A stretch of DNA of 50,200 nt, counting the filler, from Stramenopiles sp. TOSAG23-3 (taxonomy: Eukaryota), in NCBI GenBank assembly GCA_900128585.1. It is 4 parts of 4 records of this genome, joined end to end, with 100 filler letters (N's around TTAATTAATTAA, not from the genome) between each part and the next. Parts side by side here need not be neighbours in the genome. Positions count along the whole stretch, not along the records: positions 48,199 to 50,200 come from LT645160.1; 3 more parts are not named here. One strand, given 5' to 3'. This document shows positions 50,076 to 50,200 of this stretch, in pieces (positions within the stretch are counted from its first letter, which is position 1; the number at the start of each line of letters is the position of its first letter). The notes under the pieces were generated by a model. The model searched no databases and was not told where the DNA came from. It saw only the letters and a program-made list of their open reading frames with translations. Made by a program: the position numbers and the translations under genes.

Positions 50076-50200
50076 TCTTTCTTCTTTTTCTTTCTTCTTT
50101 CTTCTTTCTTCTTCTCTCTTCTTCTTCTTCTTTCTTCTTCTTTCTTCTTTCTTCTTTCTTCTTTCTTCTTTCTTCTTTCTTCTTTCTTCTTTCTTCTTTC
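50076..50200 (+). repeat. (CTT/CTTT)n polypyrimidine microsatellite
   Basis: Direct inspection; runs off the window end. Confidence 0.93.

Overview
Compact, gene-dense eukaryotic genome segment read with the standard code. It is probably a flagellated stramenopile/SAR protist, inferred from the CDPK, the TTLL ligase, the P1 C-terminus 'GGGGLFGDDDGGGDY' and the Tudor-type modules. About 20 GC-rich genes with apparently intronless coding regions are separated by very AT-rich spacers carrying GAA/CTT-type microsatellites. Three 100-bp artificial linkers (44N-TTAATTAATTAA-44N) join contigs, so adjacency across them is unproven. Recognisable genes: NHP2, CDPK, TTLL, a very large HDAC, peroxisomal enoyl-CoA hydratase 2, GNL1-type GTPase, a PDZ/FHA multi-TM protein (frameshifted), a double glycosyltransferase, a TSP1 protein, a DUF4434-like secreted protein, TPR-DnaJ, SEL1L/HRD3 (homopolymer frameshift), TM-RING E3, FCF2, S1P lyase, RPLP1, eEF1B, exportin-6-like and 3R-MYB. 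The most striking observation is a class II-like HDAC whose catalytic domain is split by an ~650-aa insertion carrying two RAMA-like DNA-binding domains plus a Tudor-like module, a candidate link between (modified) DNA reading and histone deacetylation. Other notable items: structured GC-rich 3' elements behind NHP2 and RPLP1, a dispersed 3'-flank repeat with a recurrent ATAACAGCCAATTTT motif, and a recurring CCTCGTA intergenic motif. All assignments are from motif recognition by eye; no searches were run.
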